A stretch of 64,000 nucleotides of DNA from a virus: positions 1 to 64,000 of IMG/VR virus record IMGVR_UViG_3300020469_005214, one strand, 5' to 3'. Every line of letters begins with the position of its first letter. Positions within the stretch are counted from its first letter, which is position 1. Of this stretch, positions 1-9,761 are shown piece by piece. Under the pieces are notes generated by a model, which did no database searches, was not told the DNA's origin, and saw only the letters and a program-made list of their open reading frames with translations. The position numbers and the translations under genes were made by a program.

Positions 1-807
1 TCCTTCAGCTTCAATTGTAGTCAACGGGGATATTAGTGTTAATGAGGTAAGACTATTTGAGAATAAAAATGCAGTAGTACCGATTGTGCTTATACCGCTT
101 GGAACAGTATAATCAGTAACACCTGATTTTGCTACGAAAGCAACTAGCTTATTGGTCGATGATTCGAGTATGGATTTGCCATCAGTATTAAAATTACTAT
201 TTGCAGGATCGATTGAAATGCCAGTCAATTGATTCATAACATGGAAGGCACTAGGTCCAATTGACGATACTGAATCACCAAGTACTACATTAGTAATATT
301 GGTACCATAAAATGCAGTACTTCCAATTGAAGTAACAGAGTTTGAAATTTTTAGTTCTCCAGTAAGCGGAGTATACACGAAAGCAGTACTTCCAATCGAG
401 GTCACACTATCGGGAATATTTACTTTAGTAAGATTTGAGCATAGACCAAATGTAGATGAATTAATAGAGGTTATAGGACAAGCTAAAATTACCTCTTTTA
501 AATTATCCAACATGTAAAATGCTCGGCTATCAATCCCAGTAACATTACTACCCACATAAACAAGTTCGGTATCAGAAGCAAATCCATAACTTCCAATTGA
601 GGTTATTCCTGTTGTTGTAATTCGTCCACCAGTAGTAAAATCTGTAGTAAAAGGAAAAGTTTGCCCTATGGCATTATCACTCATTGGCAAATTGGCTACG
701 TTCATTTTCTTAGTTTCAGTACGACTACTGTCAACCAGTGGAAAGAAGTCATTTTCAGCATTAACTGAAGTTAATTCCGTAAGTTCTGATATTTTTTTAT
801 CTGCCAT
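1..807 (-). CDS. BspA-like LRR protein with DKKISEL N-terminal anchor (runs off window start; missing from ORF track)
   Basis: CAT at 805-807; hand translation MADKKISELTELTSVNAENDFFPLVDSSRTETKK... followed by IPDSVTSIGSTAF-type repeats, open to position 1. Confidence 0.9.
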   Translation of the reverse strand, partial: MADKKISELTELTSVNAENDFFPLVDSSRTETKKMNVANLPMSDNAIGQTFPFTTDFTTGGRITTTGITSIGSYGFASDTELVYVGSNVTGIDSRAFYMLDNLKEVILACPITSINSSTFGLCSNLTKVNIPDSVTSIGSTAFVYTPLTGELKISNSVTSIGSTAFYGTNITNVVLGDSVSSIGPSAFHVMNQLTGISIDPANSNFNTDGKSILESSTNKLVAFVAKSGVTDYTVPSGISTIGTTAFLFSNSLTSLTLISPLTTIEAEG

Positions 808-811
808 AATA

Positions 812-1759
812 TTATAGATTTGGATCCTCTACCACAGTTAATCCTCCATAATCGGTACCATATCCAGTTGAATCTGTTGGAACATTAATGGTTGTGGCTG
901 AGATACCCTGAAAAACATTTGTTGATAAAGTTGGTGCATCTGCTGCAAGACAATTAATTGTAGCTAAATTTTCACAACCTCTGAATACATTAGGTGCAAT
1001 CGAAGCCACGCTACTACCAATTGTGACGGTTTCCAAAGCATTGCAGTCGTAAAATGCATGACTTCCAATAGAGGTAACGCCATTGCCAATTGTAACACTG
1101 GTGAGGCTATCACACAGATAAAAAGACATACTTCCAATCGTGATCACATTGTCTGGAATTGTAAGGCTGGTTAGACCGATGTCAGAGAAAGCATAATCAC
1201 CAATCGAGGTCACCCCGTCGCCAATCGTAACGCTAGTCAGGTTAGAGCAGAGTTCGAATGCTCTAGCACTAATCGTGGCTACACTGTTAGGGATTTTAAC
1301 ACTAGTTAGGCTTGTGCAGTAAGAGAATGCAGAACTACCAATAAAGACCACGGAGTCACCAATCGTAACACTTTCCAAATTGGTGTTTCCATAAAATGAA
1401 TCAGATCCAATCACGGTCACGCTGTTGGGAATATGTAAGTTCGTAATACTAGATCCGAAAAGTGCAGAATTTCCAATCGTAGTAACGTGATTTCCGATGT
1501 AAATACTGGCTGGCTGTCCAGTGTTATAAAATCCCATTGAATTATCAATCGTTGTTCGATTATTAGTCGTAACAACACCTGCATTTGATATGTCTATTGT
1601 ATATGGGTATGCATGTTTTTCAGCAGAATCACTCAGTGGAAAATTGGATACATTCATTTTTCTAGTTTTAGTTTGACTAGAATCTACTACTGGCAAAAGA
1701 TCATTTGCAGGATTAGCTGAAGTTAGCTCGGTTAGTTCTGATATTTTTTTGTCTTGCAT
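812..1759 (-). CDS. BspA-like LRR protein with DKKISEL anchor; putative receptor-binding/tail-associated protein
   Basis: 23-aa repeats LTSVTIGDGVTSIGDYAF; C-cap ending YGGLTVV. Confidence 0.9.
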   Translation of the reverse strand: MQDKKISELTELTSANPANDLLPVVDSSQTKTRKMNVSNFPLSDSAEKHAYPYTIDISNAGVVTTNNRTTIDNSMGFYNTGQPASIYIGNHVTTIGNSALFGSSITNLHIPNSVTVIGSDSFYGNTNLESVTIGDSVVFIGSSAFSYCTSLTSVKIPNSVATISARAFELCSNLTSVTIGDGVTSIGDYAFSDIGLTSLTIPDNVITIGSMSFYLCDSLTSVTIGNGVTSIGSHAFYDCNALETVTIGSSVASIAPNVFRGCENLATINCLAADAPTLSTNVFQGISATTINVPTDSTGYGTDYGGLTVVEDPNL

Positions 1760-1763
1760 GATA

Positions 1764-3023
1764 CTAGGGCTCTACAATTGATAAACCTCCATATAAAGTT
1801 CCATCTCCTTCTGATTGATAACTTGATGTACTACCAGCTGGGACAATAATTTGTAATAAGTTTGTACCAGTAAATGGTGTTTCACCTAAGACTGGAGCTG
1901 AAGCAGCTAAACTAGTAATAGTAACAAATGATGAGTTATTAGCATTTCTAAATGCATTGTTTCCAATACTTGTAACACCGGTACCAATAGTTGCACCTTG
2001 CATACCAGTACAGCGATAAAATGCAGCACTTCCAATTGAAGTTACCCTATTCGGAATTGTAATATTACTAAGTTCAGTGTTAGCGAAAGCAGCATTTTCA
2101 ATACCAGTGACGGTAAGAGGAAGTGAAACACCAGTTAGACTAGTGTAAGCAAATGCATAGCTTCCAATTGAGGTTATTCCAGCACCCATCGTAATACTGC
2201 TCAGTGAATGAGCGTTATAGAATCCATGACTACTAATAGAAGTTAAACTGTCGGGTAAATCAACATTGTCAAGATTTCGGGCAAAAGCGAATGCACTACT
2301 TCCAATCGAGGTCACACTATCGGAGATGGTAATACCAGTTAGGCTACTGCAGTATTCGAATGCACTACTTCCAATCGAGGTCACACTATCGGGGATAGTA
2401 ATGTTGGTTAGGCCAGTGCAGCGATAGAATGCTCTACTACCAAGAGCATTAAAACCACTATTATTTGGTAATTTTATGCCACTCAATTGGAAACAATTTT
2501 CAAATACTTCATCTGAAATTCCAGTAACGCTATCGGGAATAACGATACCAGTTAGACTCGTGCAACCTTTAAATGCTAAATCTGCAACACCAGTCACGTT
2601 CTCTCCTATAGTTACCTTCGTAAGATTTGTACAGCCTTTAAATGATTGAGTGCCAATTGCAGTTACGCTGTTAGGAATATGAACATCGGTAAGACCCGTA
2701 CAAGCAATAAATGCCTGACGTCCAAGACTAGGAACAGCACTCCCAATATAAATATCACTTAAAGTATCGTCGTCACCAAAAAAATTAGTATAAGTCATTT
2801 CTCCAGTAATTAGTAATGTTTCCACGGGAGAGAAAGTGTACTTACTACTATTAAGAGCTGTAGTAAAAGGGTACAAAAAATTTTCAGCAGAATCACTTAG
2901 TGGTAAATTACTAAATGTAATCTTCTTAGTCTCGTCCTCATCAAAATCTACAATTGGCAAAAAGTCATTTTTTCGGCTTGCCAAGGTTATTTCTTCAAGG
3001 TCTGATATTTTTTTATCTGGCAT
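1764..3023 (-). CDS. BspA-like LRR protein with DKKISDL anchor; Thr-Gly enriched
   Basis: Repeats LTNITIPDSVTSIGSSAFxxC; C-cap GDGTLYGGLSIV. Confidence 0.9.
   Translation of the reverse strand: MPDKKISDLEEITLASRKNDFLPIVDFDEDETKKITFSNLPLSDSAENFLYPFTTALNSSKYTFSPVETLLITGEMTYTNFFGDDDTLSDIYIGSAVPSLGRQAFIACTGLTDVHIPNSVTAIGTQSFKGCTNLTKVTIGENVTGVADLAFKGCTSLTGIVIPDSVTGISDEVFENCFQLSGIKLPNNSGFNALGSRAFYRCTGLTNITIPDSVTSIGSSAFEYCSSLTGITISDSVTSIGSSAFAFARNLDNVDLPDSLTSISSHGFYNAHSLSSITMGAGITSIGSYAFAYTSLTGVSLPLTVTGIENAAFANTELSNITIPNRVTSIGSAAFYRCTGMQGATIGTGVTSIGNNAFRNANNSSFVTITSLAASAPVLGETPFTGTNLLQIIVPAGSTSSYQSEGDGTLYGGLSIVEP
2288..2392 (-). repeat. Exact 36-bp direct repeat at 69-bp period; 27 bp of it recurs at 387-413 in another gene
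   Basis: cgaatgcactacttccaatcgaggtcacactatcgg at 2288-2323 and 2357-2392. Confidence 0.95.
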
Positions 3024-3040
3024 GATATTTTTTAATTATA

Positions 3041-3373
3041 TTATTCTAAAAGTAAATTATTAGAACTTTCAGTTAGAAGCTCGCTTCCATTTTCCAATAG
3101 TATAAAATATTCAGTCGTATCAAAAAGAGTTCTTGGTTGTAAGGGTCTAAATGCAGAATCAACAGGGGCTGTTATTTGTGCATCAAGTCCAAAAAAATTA
3201 TATTTTCTATTAAGTTCTTGAGTTATATGCGTATACATATGATCATCATTTGCATGTGATACGGGATGATCGTCAGCTAAACCAGTAATTCTAGCCTCAA
3301 AAGTTCCATCTTCAAAAAGGGTCTTATCAAAAGAACTGTGTATTTCGTCCTGTAATAATCTAATATTTTTCAT
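3041..3373 (-). CDS. Small putative virion adaptor ending in the LLENGSELLTE..LLLE motif
   Basis: 110-aa ORF directly upstream of the three DKKISEL genes; C-terminal motif shared with two tail proteins. Confidence 0.7.
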   Translation of the reverse strand: MKNIRLLQDEIHSSFDKTLFEDGTFEARITGLADDHPVSHANDDHMYTHITQELNRKYNFFGLDAQITAPVDSAFRPLQPRTLFDTTEYFILLENGSELLTESSNNLLLE

Positions 3374-3391
3374 AATCTTTATATATTGACT

Positions 3392-3430
3392 TTAAACCCT
3401 ATTTTTAATTAAATCCTGTAAATCCGCCAT
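3392..3430 (-). CDS. Putative leaderless mini-ORF MADLQDLIKNRV
   Basis: ATG 8 nt downstream of a TGTAAT promoter box, the same spacing as real leaderless starts in this genome. Confidence 0.3.
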   Translation of the reverse strand: MADLQDLIKNRV

Positions 3431-3438
3431 ATACTAGT

Positions 3439-3465
3439 ATTACACATTTTTGAGAAATGTAGAAA
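3439..3465 (-). promoter_or_regulatory. Late-type promoter variant TTTCTA-N15-TGTAAT for the leftward LRR operon
   Basis: Matches the recurrent motif, with one mismatch and a spacer 1 nt short. Confidence 0.5.
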
Positions 3466-3532
3466 TTAGCAGAGTATATATCAATACTTTCTCGTTTGGG
3501 AACTGTTGTAATTTATTTTTTATCTTAATTAT

Positions 3533-3560
3533 TTTCACAAAATGTCACTTTAAATGTAAC
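3533..3560 (+). promoter_or_regulatory. Late promoter TTTCAC-N16-TGTAAC (portal)
   Basis: Recurrent bipartite motif; ATG follows 7 nt later. Confidence 0.8.
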
Positions 3561-3567
3561 ATATGTC

Positions 3568-5547
3568 ATGGCAAAAAAAAATTATAAGACGGATAATCTT
3601 TATTTTACAGATAGGAAGAAATATTATGAGCAGCAGGAATCTGCACCAAAGAAATCAATAGGATCTGACTTTTCTAATGAAGATTATGAAAAGATGGTTG
3701 GATTCGCTGGCAGCGAATGGGTAAGCGGAGGTTTAGGACGCAGAGGAACAAACCCTCTAGGAGTTAACACTCAGTTATCGGCTAGGTTTCCGAACCTGAC
3801 GAACGGAGGAAACCTTTATAAAAATAATGGGGGCTATATTACGATTAGCGAGACTGTGTATCTTTGTCAAAAAGCTTGGGAAGAATTTCAGTTATTTAGA
3901 AATACCATCGAAGCTATGGTGGAATTCTCTATGTCTAAAATTAGATTATCATCTCCGAATAGGAGTGCTAAAAATTTTTGCGAGACTTGGTTAAAATCCA
4001 TTAACATAGATGGATTTTCAGAACAGTTTTATAGAGAATTATACAGATCTTGTAATGTTTTTCCTTATGCAATGAAAGGTACTATCAGTGCAAAAGATGT
4101 AAAAGACCTAAAAATGTATGCATCTACTGCAGAAATACCAGTAAAATATACGGTCCTAAATCCCGCTCAAGTGAGTTTATATGGTGGATTAACAACTGAT
4201 AGAAACTTTTACAAAGTTTTAAGTCCTTACGAAATTAAGAGATTGAAAAATCCGCAAACTCAAAGTGAGAAGATCTTATATCAAAAATTAAGCCCAGAAA
4301 CAAAAAAAGCGATTCAAGATAGCTCTGAGCTTTCTTTGACATCTTATATTTATGTTCCTCTAAAAGATGTAAGTTCTGCTTTTTATCAAAAACAAGATTA
4401 CGAATACTTTGCAGCGCCACTTTTTTACGGGGTTTTAGATGATATTGAATTGAAGCTTGAAATGAAAAAGGCTGATAGAAAAGTTTTAAAAACTCTTGAA
4501 AATATGATTCTTAAGGTCACTATGGGAGGTTACAAAATTGACGGTAATGAAGTACCTCCTAATCCAGAGCATTTAGCTTACATGAGAGAACTTTTCAACA
4601 ATGAATCAACTCAAAGAGTTCTTGTTGCAGATTATACTACTGAAGTTGACTATGTTATTCCAGATATTAGTAAAATTGTTGGAACTGAAAAATATGCTCA
4701 GGTAAACGAAGATATTAGAGAAGGATTACAGTCAATTTTTGGCAGTAATGAGAAATTTTCTAATCAAATGACTAAAGTCAGAGTATTTTGCCAAAGACTT
4801 AAAAGGGGTCAGTCTATTTTTAAAGAATGGCTCGAAGGAGAACTTGGAAATGTTTGTAAAGCTATGGGATACACAAAAACTCCAAAAGTAAAACTTTCTT
4901 CTATCAACCTTGAAGATCAAACTTCAATGAACAGAGTTTATACTCGAATGGCAGAACTAGGATTCTTGGTTCCAGACGAACTGAATACAGCAATTGAAGA
5001 TGGTATTCTTCCAGAAAAAGATGAAAGCCTGAAAAATCAAAGAGAATATCGTAAATTCAAAAACGATAGTCTTTATGAGCCGCAAATGAATTACAATCCA
5101 ATAGATGAAGATTTAGGTCCAGCTAGTAAAGATAAAGTAAAGCAAGAGCCAGGAAGACCAGCTGGTACTGGAGTTCCACTTAGTGAACCTAGACAAAGTA
5201 GAGTTGTTGGTGGTATTGGCGGTATCTCTCTAAAGGAGCTTCAATCTTGTCTAATAGAAATGGACAAAATTAAAGACAACGTTGTCAAAAAACTTAAGAG
5301 CAGTTATAAAGTCAAGAAACTTACAGATTCCCAAGTTGATTTTGCTAACTCAATTGCTAAAAAGGTTGTTGAAAATTATGACAAGGCACAATGGGAGAAA
5401 GCTGTTGCTTCTGTGATTAAGAACAAATCAATTGACGAGAATCAAGAGATGCAAGAAGAGATCGATAAAATTTGTGACGATTTCGAATTAGACACCTTTC
5501 TGGGGGCTTTAGTTTGGCATTCTAAAAGAGAAGCACCAAGTAATTAA
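3568..5547 (+). CDS. Portal protein (probable)
   Basis: 659 aa, first gene of the head module; helical; C-terminal GRP low-complexity tail typical of portals; assignment mainly by synteny. Confidence 0.75.
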   Translation: MAKKNYKTDNLYFTDRKKYYEQQESAPKKSIGSDFSNEDYEKMVGFAGSEWVSGGLGRRGTNPLGVNTQLSARFPNLTNGGNLYKNNGGYITISETVYLCQKAWEEFQLFRNTIEAMVEFSMSKIRLSSPNRSAKNFCETWLKSINIDGFSEQFYRELYRSCNVFPYAMKGTISAKDVKDLKMYASTAEIPVKYTVLNPAQVSLYGGLTTDRNFYKVLSPYEIKRLKNPQTQSEKILYQKLSPETKKAIQDSSELSLTSYIYVPLKDVSSAFYQKQDYEYFAAPLFYGVLDDIELKLEMKKADRKVLKTLENMILKVTMGGYKIDGNEVPPNPEHLAYMRELFNNESTQRVLVADYTTEVDYVIPDISKIVGTEKYAQVNEDIREGLQSIFGSNEKFSNQMTKVRVFCQRLKRGQSIFKEWLEGELGNVCKAMGYTKTPKVKLSSINLEDQTSMNRVYTRMAELGFLVPDELNTAIEDGILPEKDESLKNQREYRKFKNDSLYEPQMNYNPIDEDLGPASKDKVKQEPGRPAGTGVPLSEPRQSRVVGGIGGISLKELQSCLIEMDKIKDNVVKKLKSSYKVKKLTDSQVDFANSIAKKVVENYDKAQWEKAVASVIKNKSIDENQEMQEEIDKICDDFELDTFLGALVWHSKREAPSN

Positions 5548-5575
5548 TTTCACTAAAATAAACAAAAATTGTAAT
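5548..5575 (+). promoter_or_regulatory. Late promoter TTTCAC-N16-TGTAAT (protease/scaffold)
   Basis: Exact consensus immediately after the portal stop. Confidence 0.85.
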
Positions 5576-5626
5576 CAAATCTATGACCAAATTACAATTT
5601 AGTAATCTTTAGGGGAAAAGTTATTA

Positions 5627-7501
5627 ATGAATAAAGATAAAATTAAAGAAGATTATCCATTTTCCACAAAAATAATTGCGGAATTCCAAGTTGTTCATCC
5701 TAAAGAGAAAGATGAGCATTTAGCACTAGCATCTTTAGACTCTCTAAAAGCGTTGCTTGATGTGCCCAAAGAGCAAATAGAAATGAATAAAGATCTCCTT
5801 TACATTTCTGCCGATTTATGGGTAGGAGGAATGGCTAATAAAAATGGACATGCAATAACAACGGAGGATACGATAGCATTAGCTAAGCAAATTCCTCACA
5901 AATATTTAAATCTTGAACACGACGAAAGTGTTGTTGTCGGCTCTCTTTTCTCCTATGGATTTAGAGAGTATGCAAACGAAAGAAACTTAATCGCAGAAGA
6001 AGACATCGAAGATTTAGATAAACCACTGGTTGCTTCTGGTGGAGGTTTCGTTTGGCGTAGTGTTAATCAAGATTTGGCTGAATTGCTCGTAGAAGCTTCT
6101 GACAAAAATTCTTTGAAATATGGTCAAGCATCATTTAGCTGGGAAGTTTATTTTAAAGAGTTCTCAATTATGGAAGGTTCAAAATTTGTAGATCAAGCAG
6201 AAATAATTGATGATGAAGATGAAATAAACAAGCGTATTCCATTCTTAAAAGATACTGGAGGTTCTGGAGAATATGAAGGTAAAGAGATTTATAGATTAGT
6301 CAAAGGTCCTAAACTATTTTTAGGAGCTGGTATAGTAGCTAATCCTGCCGCTGATGTCAAAGGCATATTGACCAGTGAAACAAAAGAAGATGTAGAAAAT
6401 ATAATGGAAGCTAAAGCCGATAGTTCTAAGGTCTCGAAACAAGTGGAGGTCTCCCTACAGAACAAGCTTGATGCTCATAGAGAAAAAGTTGGTTCAGATA
6501 AACGCAAAAAAACTACTCTTGCAAAACTTAAAGTAGTTTACAATCGTGGTATCGGAGCTTATCGCACTAATCCACAATCTGTTAGACCTACTGTTAAGTC
6601 TCCACAGCAATGGGCTCAGGCTAGAGTAAACTCATTTTTATACGTATTAAGAAACCTCAGATTTAGGAGTGGGAAACATGACACCGACCTTCTACCCACT
6701 TCACACCCTATGGCAGGTAAAGATAAAAGGAAGGCAACAATTTCACAATCAAAAAAAATAAATGTAAAGAAATATACAGCTATGAAAATTAAAAATCAAG
6801 AAGATTATAAAACTGTATTGGCTTCTGTTTGCGAAAGCGAAGAAGTTGATCATAAACTCCTTGCCGCTCTTGAAGCAAATTTCGATAAAGTAACTGCTTC
6901 TGCAATTGCCGACGCGATCCGTGATGAGAGTGCCAAGTTCGCTACTGAGAAGAAAGAACTCGAAGAAGCGAAAACAATGGCCGCAGAAGAAAAAGCTACA
7001 ATCGAAGCTGAACTTGCAGAGCTCAAGGAGAAATCCGAAGCTTCTGATAAAGAGTTGGAAGAGATCAAAGCTAAGCTTGTTGCGGAAGAACAAAGCCGCA
7101 TTTTCAGCGAGCGTATGGAAGCACTAGAAAAAGATTATGATCTTGAAGCTGATGACTCTAAAGTTATTGCCAGACAAATCAAAGATCTTGATGAAGGTGG
7201 TTACGATGCTTGGTTAGAGGATTTCAAAGTTTTTGCTAAAGAAAAGTCTAAAGACTACAAAGCACTGAAAGCCGAAGAAATGAAGAAACAAAAAGAAGAA
7301 GAAGCAGAGGCTGCAACAGCTAAAGCTTCAACTGAAGAGGCTGAAGAACAAAAAGAATCTCGTGAAAAGGAAGAGGCTGAAAAGCTTATTGCATCTGCAC
7401 AAGAAGATGTAAAACAAGAAGTAGCATCAACCCAACACGAAGAAAAAGTTTCCCTTACAGATCAGTTCAAAGACTTTGAATTGGAGCTTGCAGGCAAATA
7501 A
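5627..7501 (+). CDS. Prohead protease/scaffold fusion with an inserted accessory domain
   Basis: N-terminal protease-like region (ANKNG, NLEH, SFSWE, GAGIVANPA); central VYNRGIGAY..QQWAQARVNSF domain; C-terminal E/K/A coiled coil; lies between portal and capsid genes. Confidence 0.75.
   Translation: MNKDKIKEDYPFSTKIIAEFQVVHPKEKDEHLALASLDSLKALLDVPKEQIEMNKDLLYISADLWVGGMANKNGHAITTEDTIALAKQIPHKYLNLEHDESVVVGSLFSYGFREYANERNLIAEEDIEDLDKPLVASGGGFVWRSVNQDLAELLVEASDKNSLKYGQASFSWEVYFKEFSIMEGSKFVDQAEIIDDEDEINKRIPFLKDTGGSGEYEGKEIYRLVKGPKLFLGAGIVANPAADVKGILTSETKEDVENIMEAKADSSKVSKQVEVSLQNKLDAHREKVGSDKRKKTTLAKLKVVYNRGIGAYRTNPQSVRPTVKSPQQWAQARVNSFLYVLRNLRFRSGKHDTDLLPTSHPMAGKDKRKATISQSKKINVKKYTAMKIKNQEDYKTVLASVCESEEVDHKLLAALEANFDKVTASAIADAIRDESAKFATEKKELEEAKTMAAEEKATIEAELAELKEKSEASDKELEEIKAKLVAEEQSRIFSERMEALEKDYDLEADDSKVIARQIKDLDEGGYDAWLEDFKVFAKEKSKDYKALKAEEMKKQKEEEAEAATAKASTEEAEEQKESREKEEAEKLIASAQEDVKQEVASTQHEEKVSLTDQFKDFELELAGK
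6741..6768 (+). promoter_or_regulatory. Internal late promoter TTTCAC-N16-TGTAAA inside the protease gene
   Basis: Consensus motif 13 nt upstream of in-frame ATG 6782. Confidence 0.75.
6782..7501 (+). CDS. Nested, independently expressed scaffolding protein (MKIKNQEDYK..., 239 aa)
   Basis: In frame with 5627 (offset 1155 nt); own promoter copy; entirely acidic coiled coil. Confidence 0.7.
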   Translation: MKIKNQEDYKTVLASVCESEEVDHKLLAALEANFDKVTASAIADAIRDESAKFATEKKELEEAKTMAAEEKATIEAELAELKEKSEASDKELEEIKAKLVAEEQSRIFSERMEALEKDYDLEADDSKVIARQIKDLDEGGYDAWLEDFKVFAKEKSKDYKALKAEEMKKQKEEEAEAATAKASTEEAEEQKESREKEEAEKLIASAQEDVKQEVASTQHEEKVSLTDQFKDFELELAGK

Positions 7502-7529
7502 TTTCACATCGCAAAAAAATTATTGTAAT
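7502..7529 (+). promoter_or_regulatory. Late promoter TTTCAC-N16-TGTAAT (decoration/major capsid)
   Basis: Exact consensus. Confidence 0.85.
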
Positions 7530-7550
7530 AACATCTAACTAACTAAAATT

Positions 7551-8129
7551 ATGGCATACAAAGATTTAAAACTAAAACCATCACGTAATATTGCTCCCCA
7601 CGACATTCGTGGAAATTTCAGAGCAGAATTTACTGGAGAAGCTGGTGATCTTGTCAAGGTTAAAGCTTTTGACCCTGATAACGAAACTTACTACTCCCAA
7701 GGCAACGCAGTAGGTGCTTCCATTGATGGCGTCTACTCTAATCAATTCCAATCTCCTTGGACAGTCGAAAAAGCTGTTGAAGGTGACCGCAGTAGCGTGG
7801 TACTTGGTATCACACTAGAAGGAACTGCAGTAACTGACAACCACGGAAACAAAATTGACGGTTTCAACCAGCGTTTCGCTGATGAAAACGGCTTTGTTGC
7901 TTCTGGCAAGCCAATCCAAATCGCTACTCGCGGTAACTTCTGGGTTAGCAGTGCTTGCATTAGCGGTACAGCTCTTCCAGGAAAAGCTCTCGCAGTTGGA
8001 CCAACAGCAGGTGGGTTCAAAGTTGTTGACCCAAATCTTGCAGCAACAACTGGTGATTTCATCGTAGGAAAAGTTCTTTCTTCTGCTGGAACCCGTCAAG
8101 GCGACGTTAACATTGAATTAACCCTCTAA
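7551..8129 (+). CDS. Head decoration/cement protein (probable)
   Basis: 192 aa, Gly/Ala-rich beta protein directly upstream of the capsid gene; highly expressed codon bias. Confidence 0.65.
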   Translation: MAYKDLKLKPSRNIAPHDIRGNFRAEFTGEAGDLVKVKAFDPDNETYYSQGNAVGASIDGVYSNQFQSPWTVEKAVEGDRSSVVLGITLEGTAVTDNHGNKIDGFNQRFADENGFVASGKPIQIATRGNFWVSSACISGTALPGKALAVGPTAGGFKVVDPNLAATTGDFIVGKVLSSAGTRQGDVNIELTL

Positions 8130-8150
8130 CCAGAAACGGAGTCACTTAAT

Positions 8151-9302
8151 ATGAAAATTAAATTAAAAGAAAAAACTGAACACATCGAACTCGTCAAAGC
8201 AATGGGGTCTCGTGACAACGAAGCATCTCGTGAAGCAATGAGAGTATTCGCTAATCTTGTCGGTCCTCTTGCTAAGAAAGTACTTGATGAAACAAACGCA
8301 ATCGATGGTTTCTATGACACGCTTTCTGTTGGTGAGTATGAGCCTCGCACTATCCCCCTTGATGACTATCATAACATATCTAATGCAGATTATGTTCGTG
8401 TATCGTTCTCAAGCCGTCCAGGAGATCTTGCTTACAATCAACTTACTGGTGCAGACGACGTCGCTTTCAGCACTGCTTTCATTAGTTCCGCAATTGCGTA
8501 CTATAAGAAGTATCTAAAAGCTGGTCGTATCAACCACGCTGAGAATGGTATCCGCAAAATGATCAATGAAGTTCGCTTCAAGATGAAACGCCAAGGTATC
8601 CAGCCTATCCTAGATTCACTTGCAAATTCGACAACTAACGGTGGCAAACACCTTATCCGTTCGAATACAGCAGGTCAACTTGGTCTTGATGACTTCAATC
8701 GTCTTCAAACAATGGCTGCCCGTATCTTAAGCTCTGGTCTTGGTGATACACCAGCAGGCATCGACAATAGCACTCGTGCAGTCGATACTCTGGTAATGTC
8801 TCCTGAAATGGTGGAAGAGATTCGTGCAATTGCTTATCAGCCAATGAATACTCGCGGTGTACCTGACAGCAGTGAATCAACAGCAGTTGGTGCTCCTGAA
8901 AGCGTTCGTGAAGCAGTATATGCTGCTGGCGGTATTCCTTCCATCTACGGAACTGAAATTATCCAGCTTAACGAAATGGGTATTGGACAAGACTTCAATA
9001 CTATCTTCGATACTCTTGCTGGTTCTACAGTATACCCTGATGCTGGTTTGAAATTCGACGAAGGTAGCTCAACTACTGCGTTTGCTGGTTCGACTGAAGA
9101 GTTCGTTCTAGGTATCTCTCGCAAAGTTGACGTTAATGGCCTTCTCAAGGTTGAGATCGCAGACGGTGAAACTGGTGCAAACTTCAATGTTTCTCCTGAT
9201 GATCAGTTCGTTGCTCGTGAGGGCAAGACTGGTATGTTCGGTGAAGCTGAAGTTGGTTACCTTGCAGTAGAGCCTCGCAATCTGTTCGGTCTTATCGTCT
9301 AA
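8151..9302 (+). CDS. Major capsid protein (HK97 fold, probable)
   Basis: 383 aa; position; strong codon bias; LVMSPE..EIR and IYGTEII motifs resembling HK97-fold A-domain segments; followed by a terminator. Confidence 0.85.
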   Translation: MKIKLKEKTEHIELVKAMGSRDNEASREAMRVFANLVGPLAKKVLDETNAIDGFYDTLSVGEYEPRTIPLDDYHNISNADYVRVSFSSRPGDLAYNQLTGADDVAFSTAFISSAIAYYKKYLKAGRINHAENGIRKMINEVRFKMKRQGIQPILDSLANSTTNGGKHLIRSNTAGQLGLDDFNRLQTMAARILSSGLGDTPAGIDNSTRAVDTLVMSPEMVEEIRAIAYQPMNTRGVPDSSESTAVGAPESVREAVYAAGGIPSIYGTEIIQLNEMGIGQDFNTIFDTLAGSTVYPDAGLKFDEGSSTTAFAGSTEEFVLGISRKVDVNGLLKVEIADGETGANFNVSPDDQFVAREGKTGMFGEAEVGYLAVEPRNLFGLIV

Positions 9303-9322
9303 TCGATATCCAATATATTTAC

Positions 9323-9352
9323 AAAAGCCCGCTCTTAGGAGTGGGCTTTTTT
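9323..9352 (+). terminator. Rho-independent terminator
   Basis: aaaagcccgctc-ttag-gagtgggctttttt hairpin plus T run. Confidence 0.9.
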
Positions 9353-9384
9353 ATTGTCTATTCACAAGCAAGAGCGTCAATAAA

Positions 9385-9412
9385 TTTCACAAAAGGGTGT
9401 TTTAACTGTAAA
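9385..9412 (+). promoter_or_regulatory. Late promoter TTTCAC-N16-TGTAAA
   Basis: Consensus directly after the capsid terminator. Confidence 0.8.
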
Positions 9413-9432
9413 GAGGGGGTGAAAGGTAAATT

Positions 9433-9753
9433 ATGAAAATAAATGGAAGATTAGGAGATAGTGAGCTTAACAAAGCTCTAGGAAATACAACAAAAATTTT
9501 AGATTGCTCTGGAGCAGTAGATTATGCATGTAAGATTGCTAAAATGGACGTAGATTCATTATATAGGCATGGCATGGCTCAATATGGCATAAGACCCAAT
9601 AATCGTATCAAAGGTCGTCCAAGCTTCGAGAAGCGCTGTGTAGACGCCTTCAGAAAAGAAATAGGTCAAAAGATTACTGAGGTTGGACAAAGAAAAAAAC
9701 TGACCAAGAAAAAGCAAGCAGAATTAGAAAAAATCTTAGCTAAAGGTAAATAA
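9433..9753 (+). CDS. Hypothetical basic protein (head module)
   Basis: ORF downstream of a late promoter. Confidence 0.7.
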   Translation: MKINGRLGDSELNKALGNTTKILDCSGAVDYACKIAKMDVDSLYRHGMAQYGIRPNNRIKGRPSFEKRCVDAFRKEIGQKITEVGQRKKLTKKKQAELEKILAKGK

Positions 9754-9761
9754 AAAGCTTT

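Noticed and set aside
3488-3512. Extra TTTCTC...TGTAAT pair upstream of the portal
   Set aside because: The spacer is 13 nt instead of the 16 nt seen in the strong copies
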